Shown here: positions 62,720 through 64,000 of the stretch, piece by piece
How positions within the stretch are numbered: position 1 is the first letter of the stretch
Layout: every line of letters begins with the position of its first letter
NCBI RefSeq assembly: GCF_009914755.1
Contig: NC_060927.1
DNA from: the human T2T-CHM13v2.0 reference genome, Homo sapiens
Reading direction: 5' to 3' (one strand)
DNA length: 64,000 nucleotides
Program-made: the position numbers and the translations under genes
The notes under the pieces: generated by a model
The model's input: the letters and a program-made list of their open reading frames with translations, nothing else
The model's database searches: none
What the model was told of the DNA's origin: nothing

Positions 62720-63745
62720 CTTTGTGGTTTTATCTATCTTTGGTCTTTGATGATGGTGACGTACACATGGGGTTTTGGTGTGGATGTCCTTTCTGTTTGT
62801 TAGTTTTCCTTCTAACAGTCAGGACCCTGAGCTGCAGGTCTGTTGGAGTTTGCTGGAGGTCCACTCCAGACCCTGTTTGCCTGTGTATCACCAGCGGAGG
62901 CTGCAGAACAGCAAATATTGCAGAATGGCAAATGTTGCTGCCTGATCCTTCCTCTGAAAGCTTTGTCTCAGAGGGGTACCTGGCTGTGTGAGGTGTCAGT
63001 CGGCCCCTACTGGGAGGTATCTCCCAGTTAGGCTACTTGGGTCTCAGGGACCCACTTGAGGAGGCATTCTGTCCGTTCTCAGATCTCAAACTCCGTGCTG
63101 GGAGAACCACTACTCTCTTCAAAGCTGTCAGATAGGGACGTTTAAGTCTGCAGAAGTTTCTGCTGCCTTTTTTTCAGCTATGCCCTGACCCTAGAGGTGG
63201 AGTCTACAGAGGCAGGCAGGCCTCCTTGAGCTGCGGTGGGCTCCACCCATTTCGAGCTTCTAGGCCGCTTTGTTTACCCACTCAAGCCTCAGCAATTGCG
63301 GACACCCCTCCCCCAGCCTCACTGCCACCTTGTGGTTCGAACTCAGACTGCTGTGCTAGCAGAGAGTGAAGCCCCGTGGGCATGGAACCCTCCGAGCCAG
63401 GCACCAGATATTATCTCCTGGTGTGCCCTTTGCTAAGACAGTTGGAAAAGCACAGTATTAGTGTGGGAGTGTCCCGATTTTCCAGGTACCGTCTCTCACG
63501 GCTTCTCTTGACTAGGAAAGGGAATTCCCCAACCCCTTGCACTTCCCAGGTGAGGCGATGTCCCGCCCTGCTTTGGCTCATGCTCCGTGGGCTGCACCCA
63601 CTGTCCGACAAGCCCCAGTGAGATGAACCGGGTACCTCAATTGGAAATGCAGAAATCACCCATCTTCTGCACTGCTCACGCTGGGAGCTGTAGAATGGCG
63701 CTGTTCCTATTCAGCCATCTTGGAACCTCCTCCCATGATGACTAT

Positions 63746-64000
63746 AAGGGAGGCTTTTAAATGGTGGAAATGAATGGTTTCCACCAGGACAGTGGCAAGA
63801 TTCAATTATCATTTTAAAAATCTCTGTCAAGCTACAGTGTGGAAAATGGATTGGAAGGAGACAATAATGGCTGCAAGGGTATCAATTAAGAGGCTACTGT
63901 AGCAATGATGATAATTTAAACTGCAATTGGAACAGAAGATATGGTAAAATGTGACAAATCTGAGAGATATTTAGGTTGGTAATTAATTGGGTAAGAGAAC
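63746..64000 (-). mobile_element. L2 fragment
   Basis: GCTACAGTGTGGAAAATGGATTGGAAGGAG...TTAAGAGGCTACTGTAG, antisense L2 pattern. Confidence 0.65.

Overview
AT-rich, repeat-dense great-ape (most likely human) intronic or intergenic DNA. It has no CpG island, no RNA gene and no coding exon that I can confidently support. Nearly all of the ORF track is L1, Alu, SVA or chance ORFs. Main contents: (1) a full-length, inactivated L1PA4-like element on + (20750-28555, TSD AAAACATATTCAC) whose ORF2 is interrupted by an older SVA (B/C-like, 24131-25778); (2) a full-length, inactivated L1PA5-like element on - (57575-63733, TSD CATGATGACTAT); (3) ten standalone Alus, several solo LTRs (THE1, MLT1, MER34/39-like, LTR33), DNA-transposon MITEs and old L1M/L2/MIR fragments. 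Most notable observations: (a) the two inverted L1s belong to different subfamilies yet share clusters of non-consensus alleles in at least two tracts, one of them 139 bp identical with five shared T>C changes. This points to recurrent ectopic gene conversion between elements about 30 kb apart and a possible inversion substrate. (b) The SVA has a broken poly(A) signal (AACAAA) and carries two stacked 3' transductions, each with its own AATAAA and poly(A), recording three retrotransposition generations. Subfamily calls and consensus comparisons come from recalled consensus sequences and need RepeatMasker/Dfam confirmation.
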